NCBI GenBank assembly: GCA_025924835.1 | Contig: JAICHO010000003.1 | Span: 1-49,105 of the forward strand | Length of the DNA: 49,105 bases | Source of the DNA: Candidatus Saccharimonadota bacterium | GTDB taxonomy: Bacteria; Patescibacteriota; Saccharimonadia; Saccharimonadales; JAICHO01 | Reading direction: 5' to 3' | Shown: piece by piece, positions 8,193-15,989 of the stretch | Layout: each line of letters opens with the position of its first letter | How positions within the stretch are numbered: the stretch's first letter is position 1 | Translations under genes and position numbers: made by a program | Notes under the pieces: model-generated | What the model was told of the DNA's origin: nothing | Database searches by the model: none | Seen by the model: the letters and a program-made list of their open reading frames with translations, nothing else

Positions 8193-9485
8193 TTAATCGC
8201 TCAATATATGTAATAGGGGCAGTTCGTCCAGATTGGTAGTATAGCGGGGGCTGCGGAGATTATATTTGGGCTTCCAGACGGTACCTAAGCTTTCGGCGGC
8301 GAAACGAAGCGTGTGTTTGCCGAACTTTTCGTTGAGGTTATCTATGGCGGACATGCGGCTCGTGGACCGGATATGGGCCCCTACATTTACCAGGCCTAGT
8401 AAATCGGTTTGCAGCATGTTGGCCGGTGCAAAATCCCACAGCATGACCCCTGCCCTGTGGTAGCGGTAGCTTGGGTTATAAATTTTTCCTAATTCTGCTA
8501 TAAGCGCAGTAATAAGTTGGCCCGTGTCAGCCGTAGGCACGCTGAACGCTACTTCCCGGGTCCAGCGTTGGTAGCCGGGCTTGTGCTTACTGGTAGTCAA
8601 AAAGATGGCCGCCCGGCGAGTTAACTGATTGCTTGTGCGGAGCCGGAAGGCTGCCTGGGTCGCAAAGCTGGCAATGGCCGCCTCCAGTGCATACAAATTA
8701 TTGGTATCCTGTCCGAACGTGCGGGTGCGGGCAATACTGTGGCGCAGCTTGCCTATATTGTCCAGCGGATAACAGCTGATGCCATTAAGCTCGGCGATTA
8801 GCTGGCGGCCGTGTATGCCCATTAGCTGTTGTGCATGGAGGGGACGCAGGCGCGATAGTTCGTGGGCGTTCATAATGCCCTCGGCGCGGAGCTTTGGCGC
8901 CAGGCGCCAGCCAACACCCCACACGTCCTGTAGGGGCAAGACTTGCAAGTGATAAGTTTTTTCTCTGTCCGTAACACCTACCAGGTTTAACACGCCTTCC
9001 AGTTCGGCGTCCTTTTTGCCTCGGTCACTGGCCAGTTTAGCGAGGGTTTTGGAAGGCGCGATGCCAATAGACACGGGTACGCCGACCCAATTCCAGATTA
9101 TCTCGCGTATTTTTTGCCCCCAGTCACGGTAATCAGCAATCTGAAGCTCTGAAAGGTCCAGAAACGATTCGTCCACCGAATAAATCTCTATTCGTGGTGT
9201 TATGGTCGCCAAAATCTCTGTAATGCGCCGCGAAATGTCTCCGTACAGGTCAAAATTAGCACTAAACTGCACTACTTTATGGTTATGAAAAATCTGCCGG
9301 TATTTAAAGGCTGGTGCCGCCATGGGGATGCCCAAGGCTTTGGCTTCGTTACTGCGGGCCACCACGCAACCGTCGTTACTGCTTAATACTACAACCGGCT
9401 TGCCTTCCAGGTCCGGCCGGAAGATACGTTCGCAGCTGACAAAGAAATTGTTACAGTCAATCAGGGCAAAGACTGGTGTCTTCAT
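8193..9485 (-). CDS. umuC: Y-family translesion DNA polymerase, UmuC-like
   Basis: N-terminus FALIDCNNFFVSCERIFRPDLEGKPVVVLSSNDGCVVARSNEAKALGI. Catalytic SVDESFLDL is present. The C-terminus LRSPRYTTNLDELP is the UmuC-type tail. Its start overlaps the upstream umuD-like gene by 4 nt. Confidence 0.9.
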   Translation of the reverse strand: MKTPVFALIDCNNFFVSCERIFRPDLEGKPVVVLSSNDGCVVARSNEAKALGIPMAAPAFKYRQIFHNHKVVQFSANFDLYGDISRRITEILATITPRIEIYSVDESFLDLSELQIADYRDWGQKIREIIWNWVGVPVSIGIAPSKTLAKLASDRGKKDAELEGVLNLVGVTDREKTYHLQVLPLQDVWGVGWRLAPKLRAEGIMNAHELSRLRPLHAQQLMGIHGRQLIAELNGISCYPLDNIGKLRHSIARTRTFGQDTNNLYALEAAIASFATQAAFRLRTSNQLTRRAAIFLTTSKHKPGYQRWTREVAFSVPTADTGQLITALIAELGKIYNPSYRYHRAGVMLWDFAPANMLQTDLLGLVNVGAHIRSTSRMSAIDNLNEKFGKHTLRFAAESLGTVWKPKYNLRSPRYTTNLDELPLLHILSD

Positions 9486-9826
9486 GTGCGGTTACGATAT
9501 TGATGAATAACGGCCGTCACCACTCCCCACACGACCACGTTTTTGGGCAAGGTATGCCGTGGGGAGATACTGAACTGATCGTCCTTAATCCATACGACCG
9601 GATCATTGGGGCGGGCCCTGAGCGCCCGATCGGTAAGTGCCAGGTCACCAGCAAATATCCCCTGTTGGGCCCACTCATTGCCGGCAATACGCATAAAGTA
9701 GGTGCTGGCACTATGCTTGACTAGCAAAGCGTTTAGGTCAATTGACTGTAGCGCGGTATCGGTGGCAGGGTTTGGAAAACCGTCATGCACCGACACCCCG
9801 TCAGGATTAGAGTAGTACACACTCAT
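9482..9826 (-). CDS. umuD: UmuD-prime-like S24-fold protein lacking the Ser/Lys dyad
   Basis: Aligns by eye with E. coli UmuD from GFPSPA onward (GFPNPATD...IDLNALLVKHSASTYFMRIAGNEW...GDLALTD...FSISPR...VWGVV). GDSM is replaced by GNEW and FTVKK by FSISP. Confidence 0.7.
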   Translation of the reverse strand: MSVYYSNPDGVSVHDGFPNPATDTALQSIDLNALLVKHSASTYFMRIAGNEWAQQGIFAGDLALTDRALRARPNDPVVWIKDDQFSISPRHTLPKNVVVWGVVTAVIHQYRNRT

Positions 9827-10004
9827 GAGACAAACCTGCGGTTTTTCTCATCACGCCGGGCTTGGGCAAAGCCCAAGTCTCGGGCTGCTCTTTTCCCTTT
9901 TCGCTGCAAAAACAACCATCGTCTAAGAAAGGAGGAGGGATTTTGAGGGGTATATCTCAAAGAGTCACCTAGAGGTGTTTCTATGTAGTCGCTCCACTCC
10001 ATGG

Positions 10005-10247
10005 CTAGTGTCTTCCATAGACTAGAACTTTTAACTCGGGTAGAAGCGTGCGGGCGTCTTCGTAGCGCATGCCGGCTTGTATGCCAAGGTTTTTGGCTTC
10101 TTTGGAGCAAGCCGTAATGACGCTGTGATTCAAGTGGCGCCAGGCGTTGCCCATGCGGGCACGTTTGCCAACGTGGTCTTTATCTACGGCGAAGGCCCAG
10201 GCGTTTTTGATTTGATCTGCGGTAGCTGTGTTCAATCGTAATTGCAT
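10005..10247 (-). CDS. small ORF with Y-family-polymerase N-terminal-like segment, possibly a gene relic
   Basis: 80-aa ORF in the mutasome operon. SVITACSKEAKNLGIQAGMRYEDARTLLPELKVL resembles the (V)(L/I)xASYEAKxxGIxxGM...A..LCPxL segment of DinB/UmuC-type enzymes. See findings. Confidence 0.35.
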   Translation of the reverse strand: MQLRLNTATADQIKNAWAFAVDKDHVGKRARMGNAWRHLNHSVITACSKEAKNLGIQAGMRYEDARTLLPELKVLVYGRH

Positions 10248-10258
10248 ATAATTTCCTC

Positions 10259-10513
10259 CTATAATGCTCTGCTGCTTAGTAATTTCCAGGTGCGGCTGCC
10301 GGGCTCGAAACTGAGCCGGTACAGGCTTTGGCCATCGGTCATGTTAAAGATTTGGACAAGCTCCTGGCCTTTCTGGACCAGGCAGCGCAAACCGTTTTCT
10401 ATAAAACTGAGCTGGCGGTCACCAACCTCTATTTGCCGCGGGAACAAGCGGTCCTGGGCGCCGTGATTAAAATAGTATGAAGTAACGTTCACCTCTTGTA
10501 ATGTCTGGTTCAT
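10259..10513 (-). CDS. hypothetical small protein, first gene of the mutasome operon
   Basis: ORF-track frame 10259..10519 (TTG start). GAAGGAG lies 6 nt upstream of ATG 10513, so the ATG is preferred. Confidence 0.5.
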   Translation of the reverse strand: MNQTLQEVNVTSYYFNHGAQDRLFPRQIEVGDRQLSFIENGLRCLVQKGQELVQIFNMTDGQSLYRLSFEPGSRTWKLLSSRAL

Positions 10514-10851
10514 ATACAACTCCTTCAGGATTTAGGGATAAATAAAGAGACGGCTAAAGAGTATTTAGTCGGAACGGGTTAGGAAATAAGCTGCCTGATA
10601 AACCGCACAAACCGTTCAGTTGCAGGGTCATGACAGGAAACCGTGAGTTGTATATAAGGCTCGCAGGGACCGGAGTATGCTGCCCAAAATAGTGTATAAA
10701 GCCTGGAAACGATGACCTGCCAAATGACCGGTTCATGCTCCCATGACTACATATACTATACTCCCGCCGTCAACCTTGCAGCAAGCAAAACCCAGGTGGT
10801 TTTTTTAATGACTAGTGTCCTAGGGACTATTATGCATCTTAAACATTATAA

Positions 10852-10880
10852 TTGACAGTATGACACCTATTTGTTATACT
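10852..10880 (+). promoter_or_regulatory. sigma70-like promoter TTGACA-17-TATACT
   Basis: TTGACA at 10852..10857, a 17-nt spacer, then TATACT at 10875..10880. It is followed by GGAGG (10902..10906) and ATG 10912. Confidence 0.6.
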
Positions 10881-10911
10881 TTCACAAGTTATACAATGAA
10901 TGGAGGTAAAG

Positions 10912-11439
10912 ATGCTGAAACGAAAACAAGGAAGAGAACACGGTAGATTTGTAAGTGTAGTTGCGGGAACACTTTTGGGAATTGCGGTTCTAACGAGTTG
11001 CAGCGAAAGTGCTCCACAACCTCCTGTGGTAGATGCCGCTGCAAGTCCTGCTGACACATCTAAATTTAATGTGGCAACTAAAGAATGTGATAATTATGGA
11101 AAAGCCGTTGAAGCGGCTGCTAAATTCCTAGTACAGCACGCTGCGGACCAACAGCAGGTACCCCCCTATTGGCAGCGAGCTGTTGTGGTTAAGACGCTAT
11201 ATTCCCCTGGCAACACCGTTAGTGATTCTAGCTGGCAGGGTACGTTGGTCTTCCCTGACGGATCAATAAACCGACTCAGTTCTCCATACGAAGAAAATGT
11301 CAAAATGGCAGCGCTTGTAACTGTTGGTGACTATATTGCTTATAACAATAAGGATGGTGACGACAGAATTAATGCACCCGTAGGAAACCCTAAAGATGAG
11401 TTACGTTTTCTCGGGCACGGTGTTATATCTTGCGCATAG
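10912..11439 (+). CDS. putative lipoprotein
   Basis: Start at the ATG preceded by GGAGG. Signal peptide with lipobox LTSC (GTLLGIAVLTSCSES). Confidence 0.65.
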   Translation: MLKRKQGREHGRFVSVVAGTLLGIAVLTSCSESAPQPPVVDAAASPADTSKFNVATKECDNYGKAVEAAAKFLVQHAADQQQVPPYWQRAVVVKTLYSPGNTVSDSSWQGTLVFPDGSINRLSSPYEENVKMAALVTVGDYIAYNNKDGDDRINAPVGNPKDELRFLGHGVISCA

Positions 11440-11465
11440 ATATTTGCACAAAGCAAAAATAAAAC

Positions 11466-11867
11466 TCAGGAATTAAATTGTAGTTGGTCTAGGAATGCTA
11501 CCAGTTCTTTGGGAGTTACCTCTGCTTTGACGATATAGCCGTCGGCGTGGCTTTCCATGTCGGCGCGGCCTTGCTCGTCCAGTTCCAGATTTGTCGTGAT
11601 GATCACCTTGGCTTTTAACTGAGGCGTTTGTTTGAGATCCCGCAAACGGCGCAAAATCTCTGTACCGGTAAGATTGGGTAGCATGATGTCCAATAGTATA
11701 ATGTCATACTGGTTGGTCTGGGCGGCTTCTAGTGCCTGTTGTCCGTCAATGACCAGCTTGACGTCATATCCCGCCCGGGTCAAAGCCCGCACATACAAGT
11801 CGCTAATAAACTGCTCGTCTTCTATGATGAGTACTTTTTTACCGTTTGGGGCTGCGGGTTGGTCCAT
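11466..11867 (-). CDS. single-domain response regulator (receiver only)
   Basis: VLIIEDE, phospho-acceptor context ILLDIMLP, and ITTN/YIVKA motifs. No output domain. Confidence 0.85.
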   Translation of the reverse strand: MDQPAAPNGKKVLIIEDEQFISDLYVRALTRAGYDVKLVIDGQQALEAAQTNQYDIILLDIMLPNLTGTEILRRLRDLKQTPQLKAKVIITTNLELDEQGRADMESHADGYIVKAEVTPKELVAFLDQLQFNS

Positions 11868-11874
11868 TTGATAG

Positions 11875-13416
11875 TTACCTTCTATATAATGAGTGATTTT
11901 TAATCCAGCCGTGGGCGGTCCGTACTAGTTCATCACTATTATTGCCGCTTTTAAGCTCATCAGCAAGCGTGGCGTATGGTTTAAGTGTAAAACCGACTAC
12001 TGTTCCCTCGCCTTCCTTGGACTTAACCCATATGTCACCGCCGTGCGCGTTAATAATAGTTTTGCTTAGATATAGCCCCAATCCGGTGCCACTGACTTGG
12101 GATCGGTTGCGGTGATTGCGGTGGAATTTTTCAAACAGACTTGGTAATACGCTGCCCGGAATACCTACACCCTGGTCTTGCACTGTTGTTTCGACCAGTC
12201 CGTCCTTTGTCTTGGCGGCTTTGATGGTAATTTGTTTGCTGTTAGCACTGTATTTGATGGCATTGTCCAGCAGATTACAGATGACTTCATAGACGGTAAC
12301 CCGATCAGCCGCTACTGTCGGCAGGTCAGCGGCGATATCATATATAATTTCTTTCCCGAGCGGGCGGGCCCGTATCTCCATATCACTGCCAGCGCTTCTG
12401 ATTACTTCGTCCCATTTTTCTTCGCTTAGTTTTATCTCTAGCTGGTTTTGCTCAATACGCGCCACATTCAGGATGTTGTTAACAAAGGCGGAAAACTGTT
12501 GCGAAGATGCTTTCATGCGGTGCATAAACTCGGTCAGTTCGGGATCGGCTTTGCCGGCCAGCTCATCTTCTAACGCTTCTATATAGCCGCGTAGTACCGT
12601 GAGCGGCGTGCGCAGTTCGTGTACGGCCAGGGCCACAAAGTTCAAGGATTCATCGTCTTGGTTGTATTCCTGCGTACGATCAAAGAGCGTGATTATAAAC
12701 TCCACGCCTTTCGGGTTATCGCGGTTATAAAAAGCCGCCATATCGCATTGCCTAATGGCCTTGTCCTCTCCTGGAAGTTTTATTCGTACCCGTCGCCAAT
12801 AGGCCGAATCCGTTACCTTATCTTTCTGGCACTCTGTAATCCAGGATTCAAGGGTTCGGCTGCTGGGAAATTCCATGTCGGCTACGTCGTACAAAGCTTT
12901 GCCGAATAATGCCGTACTATCGGTGCCACAATACGCTAGTGCTGTCTCACTGGCGTATGTCACAAGCTGCTGTTTGTTAAAGACGAACACGGGCAAGGGT
13001 AAATGGTTTAATATCGTACTGGCTTGTGTGGCTTCGCGGCGATGTTCGGAAAGTATTTTGTTATCCTGCAGACTGGCGATTTGATACAGCTGATACGCCA
13101 GACTGGTCACGTATTGTCGCCCAATCCGCAAGTCTTCAAAAGTCGGCGCCTTAATACCGGCCTCATTGGGTGCTATGTGCAAAATCGCCTGTCCCATCGC
13201 CGCCAAGGGTAACTTGGCTAATGAGCCCGCGACGATACCAATTAAAGCTGAGCTTAAAACCATAGCCATACCCGAGATAGAAAGGATCTGCCACAATGGC
13301 AGTGCCGGATGGTGATACAGCCAGTAGCCTGCTCCAACTAAACCGACTTGTATCAGGAGGCTTACAAGCCATACCCGGGCACGTATTTGGGTTATTGCCT
13401 GGGTGAGGTGGTCCAT
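11875..13416 (-). CDS. membrane sensor histidine kinase
   Basis: Two N-terminal TM helices, H-box HELRTPLTVLRGY, N-box LLDNAIKYS, G1 DQGVGI and G2 GTGLGL. Confidence 0.9.
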   Translation of the reverse strand: MDHLTQAITQIRARVWLVSLLIQVGLVGAGYWLYHHPALPLWQILSISGMAMVLSSALIGIVAGSLAKLPLAAMGQAILHIAPNEAGIKAPTFEDLRIGRQYVTSLAYQLYQIASLQDNKILSEHRREATQASTILNHLPLPVFVFNKQQLVTYASETALAYCGTDSTALFGKALYDVADMEFPSSRTLESWITECQKDKVTDSAYWRRVRIKLPGEDKAIRQCDMAAFYNRDNPKGVEFIITLFDRTQEYNQDDESLNFVALAVHELRTPLTVLRGYIEALEDELAGKADPELTEFMHRMKASSQQFSAFVNNILNVARIEQNQLEIKLSEEKWDEVIRSAGSDMEIRARPLGKEIIYDIAADLPTVAADRVTVYEVICNLLDNAIKYSANSKQITIKAAKTKDGLVETTVQDQGVGIPGSVLPSLFEKFHRNHRNRSQVSGTGLGLYLSKTIINAHGGDIWVKSKEGEGTVVGFTLKPYATLADELKSGNNSDELVRTAHGWIKNHSLYRR

Positions 13417-13419
13417 ACG

Positions 13420-14688
13420 CTAAGGTTTGTAGCTTACGTTAGACGCGCTGCCTACGACACTTATCCAGGTTTGACCGGGGTCTAAGCCGATAACCGCGCC
13501 TGTTGAATCAGTAAAACGAAACTGTTCCTTATTGCTGCCTTTAGACCAATTACCTTCAGTAACAGTGCCGTCCTGGAACACATAGGCCTTGCCGGTGCCG
13601 ATAGTGTTGTAGGTAGTGTGAATGCCGTCTGGTTCTATACCCTGCGGCATGACCAATGCGATAACAACCTTTGGTGATAGCTGTTGGCCGCTTCGCTCAT
13701 CGGTATGAGGCTTGCCGCCCTCGCTGCGCTTATAGTTAACATTATTTGGGTCATAGTCATAATGAACATTGTATAGCGGTCCGGAAATGGCAAAGTCTAT
13801 GGATTTGGCAGTCGGCGGAACCACCGGTTTTTCCGTCTTGCGCGTAAAGCCGGTAAAGTTGCTGCTGGTATAACCTTTGGTTTTTTCCAGTGCTAATAAA
13901 CCGCCTAGGCTGGTATAAACATTATGCGGCGCATAACGGGCAGTAATGCGCTGGTACGGACTGCCATTATAGAATTGATCCAGATCTTTTATGCCTTCCG
14001 TCTTAATATTATTCAAAGCTTCACCGCTACCACCGACGTGCGCTATAGCAGCGTCGAATCCCTGTAACCATTGCAAGTAATATGGACGAGCACTACGAAC
14101 AGGGCCAACATAATCCGGTTGTGCCTCCTGGAATAACGTCAAAAAGCGGGTAATACCGCCCTCGGCGACTGCTTCAAATACCACGCCGGCGTCTTTTAGG
14201 CCGGATTGTGGACGCGCGTCGGGGCTGTTTTCTATCATAATACCGGTAACAGGCAGCTGATTAAATTCGGGCGGCACCTGGACGCCGGTTAGGTGCGAGG
14301 CCTCGGTAGTAGGTTTGGGCGGTTCTTGCTTTTCCTCTTTTTTGACGGCTACTGGTGCGGCGGCTTTCTGCACGGGCTTTTTGTGAAATACTAATAACCC
14401 GCCAATGACCAATAAGATAACGATAGCTCCTGCCACAGCTCCTATGATCCGCTGTTTTTTGGTGCGATTTTGCCACCACCCCTTAAGATTAGCAATAAAA
14501 TTACTTGGATTTTTGTTGGCGTGTTTTGCATCATCATCCGTTAACGCAGAATCATTAGTCATATCAATTATATCTTCTTGCTCTGCGACCGCTTCCGGCG
14601 GAGCAAAAGATTGTTCTGATATTTCTATTTCTTTATCACTGTCCACGCCCGAACTAGTCGCCTTAGGCGGAAGGAAGTTATCAACCAT
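13420..14688 (-). CDS. DUF3048 (YerB-like) membrane-anchored protein
   Basis: Single TM helix (IIGAVAGAIVILLVIGGLLVF), then GIMIENSPDARPQSGLKDAGVVFEAVAEGGITRFLTLFQ, which is typical of DUF3048. It lies upstream in the same operon as the kinase and regulator. Confidence 0.7.
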   Translation of the reverse strand: MVDNFLPPKATSSGVDSDKEIEISEQSFAPPEAVAEQEDIIDMTNDSALTDDDAKHANKNPSNFIANLKGWWQNRTKKQRIIGAVAGAIVILLVIGGLLVFHKKPVQKAAAPVAVKKEEKQEPPKPTTEASHLTGVQVPPEFNQLPVTGIMIENSPDARPQSGLKDAGVVFEAVAEGGITRFLTLFQEAQPDYVGPVRSARPYYLQWLQGFDAAIAHVGGSGEALNNIKTEGIKDLDQFYNGSPYQRITARYAPHNVYTSLGGLLALEKTKGYTSSNFTGFTRKTEKPVVPPTAKSIDFAISGPLYNVHYDYDPNNVNYKRSEGGKPHTDERSGQQLSPKVVIALVMPQGIEPDGIHTTYNTIGTGKAYVFQDGTVTEGNWSKGSNKEQFRFTDSTGAVIGLDPGQTWISVVGSASNVSYKP

Positions 14689-14762
14689 AAGCTCTATTGT
14701 ACCAGTGCTTATGTATAAATGGCATACTTTTATCGCTCTAGACTCTTGCGTATAAGGAATGA

Positions 14763-14791
14763 TTGCGGACTATACTAAAAACTATTATAAT
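14763..14791 (+). promoter_or_regulatory. sigma70-like promoter TTGCGG-17-TATAAT
   Basis: TATAAT at 14786..14791, 11 nt before ATG 14803. No Shine-Dalgarno. Confidence 0.45.
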
Positions 14792-14802
14792 AAATCTTAA
14801 TT

Positions 14803-15879
14803 ATGGCGGAGACCGGACGAACGGTTATATTTGATGAAGTGTTGCAAGCTGGCAGTGATGCTGCTGCGGCACTGGGAGCGTTGATGTTGCACTATCAACG
14901 ACTGGGTGAGACGCCTTTAACAGACCGCGAGCAACTAGCACTGGATGCTTTGCGGGCGGTCATTATAGAGCGAACTGGCTTACTGCCTATGTTATCGGCT
15001 GACACCAAATCGGACGCTGTACTTAGAGAAACAACTAATACACAAAACCCTGCTGACCTGGACGAAGGAACGGTATCGAATACCGCCGCAACCGCGCGCA
15101 GTAACGGTATGATCCGCACTACGCCATTTATTCCCATGCTGCCACTGACTACCGGATTTGAAACAGGTGCCACGGCACAATTGCCCCGGCACGCATTGAA
15201 TGGCAATGGTGCTCCAGATGCCGCAGAAGCGGTAACCGAACCAGGCGAGCCAGTCGAAGGTGTTACACCTCCAGAGGCTGTCGGATCGCCTGGACCTGAT
15301 GAAAAAGCTAATACAGGTGATGCGGGCACTGGGGCCGGTCCAACCGCTGAAGGTGATGATGCGGCTGCGCCAGGTGCTCCAACCAACCCTTCGCCAGCAG
15401 AAGCACGAGCCGCCAAGAAGCTCAATGGCCGCACTATTGAACGTATAGACGATGATTTGCTTGCAAAACTTAGTCAGTCCCGTCGTCCGCAATATGCCCA
15501 TGAAAAAGCAACGGAAATTATAATAATTGACGATAAAACAATAGAGGTTAATAACAAACCGGATAAATTGCGAACACCTGTCAAAGGTGATCCTAGCGTT
15601 GTAATGTTGGTATTAAATACTGTCCTAAAGGGCGAGGTCGAGGGTAAGAGGGATTTCACTAAATCAGAATTACATGAACTCATTGGTGACCCGTCAATTA
15701 ATTTAAGTGCCATATGGCAATCGGTGGACAGATTTCTGAAGTCAGGATTATTTGAGCGCCGTCCTAAAACTGGCGGCGAAACTGTCTTTGGCCTGCCTAA
15801 ACTCTTGGAAATTGGCGACATGCGTGAGCCCGCACCGATAGCCGCGGAGGAACCCAAGGGTTTTTTAGCCCGCACCTAG
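14803..15879 (+). CDS. hypothetical protein with Ala/Pro/Gly-rich central region
   Basis: 358-aa ORF with a low-complexity centre (GAPDAAEAVTEPGEPVEGVTPPEAVGSPGPDE...). The reverse-strand ORFs across it are shadows. Confidence 0.6.
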   Translation: MAETGRTVIFDEVLQAGSDAAAALGALMLHYQRLGETPLTDREQLALDALRAVIIERTGLLPMLSADTKSDAVLRETTNTQNPADLDEGTVSNTAATARSNGMIRTTPFIPMLPLTTGFETGATAQLPRHALNGNGAPDAAEAVTEPGEPVEGVTPPEAVGSPGPDEKANTGDAGTGAGPTAEGDDAAAPGAPTNPSPAEARAAKKLNGRTIERIDDDLLAKLSQSRRPQYAHEKATEIIIIDDKTIEVNNKPDKLRTPVKGDPSVVMLVLNTVLKGEVEGKRDFTKSELHELIGDPSINLSAIWQSVDRFLKSGLFERRPKTGGETVFGLPKLLEIGDMREPAPIAAEEPKGFLART

Positions 15880-15989
15880 GAGGGTCGGATAAAGCTGCTG
15901 TACCAGCGGCCGGCCGAACGGGTAACAAAAAATCTAGAGAACCTACCGAGGCGTCTATATATGATGACCCGACATATGATGTACTCCCA

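Noticed and set aside
10572-10583. Possible LexA/Cheo-type SOS box (GAACGGGTTAGG) upstream of the umuD/umuC-like operon
   Set aside because: Only the GAAC half-site is present and the second half is TAGG rather than GTTC. I saw no other GAAC-N4-GTTC or CTGT-N8-ACAG palindrome between 9826 and 10850.
10554-10736. 60-aa reverse-strand ORF in the large gap
   Set aside because: No RBS or promoter geometry, a Phe/Pro/Gly/Ser-rich product, and a length exactly at the track cut-off. The region is treated as non-coding (see findings).
10813-10829. Apparent palindrome TAGTGTCCTAGGGACTA next to the lipoprotein promoter
   Set aside because: Only the outer TAGT/ACTA arms and the central CCTAGG pair up, and they do so in incompatible registers. 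It is not a consistent inverted repeat.
14895-15875. Three long reverse-strand ORFs (14895..15434, 14992..15501, 15474..15875) overlapping the plus-strand gene 14803..15879
   Set aside because: They lie antisense to a GC-rich, Ala/Pro/Gly-coding region, where stop codons are scarce in all frames. Their products are low-complexity Ser/Ala/Gly/Arg strings, and they overlap one another. They are shadow ORFs.
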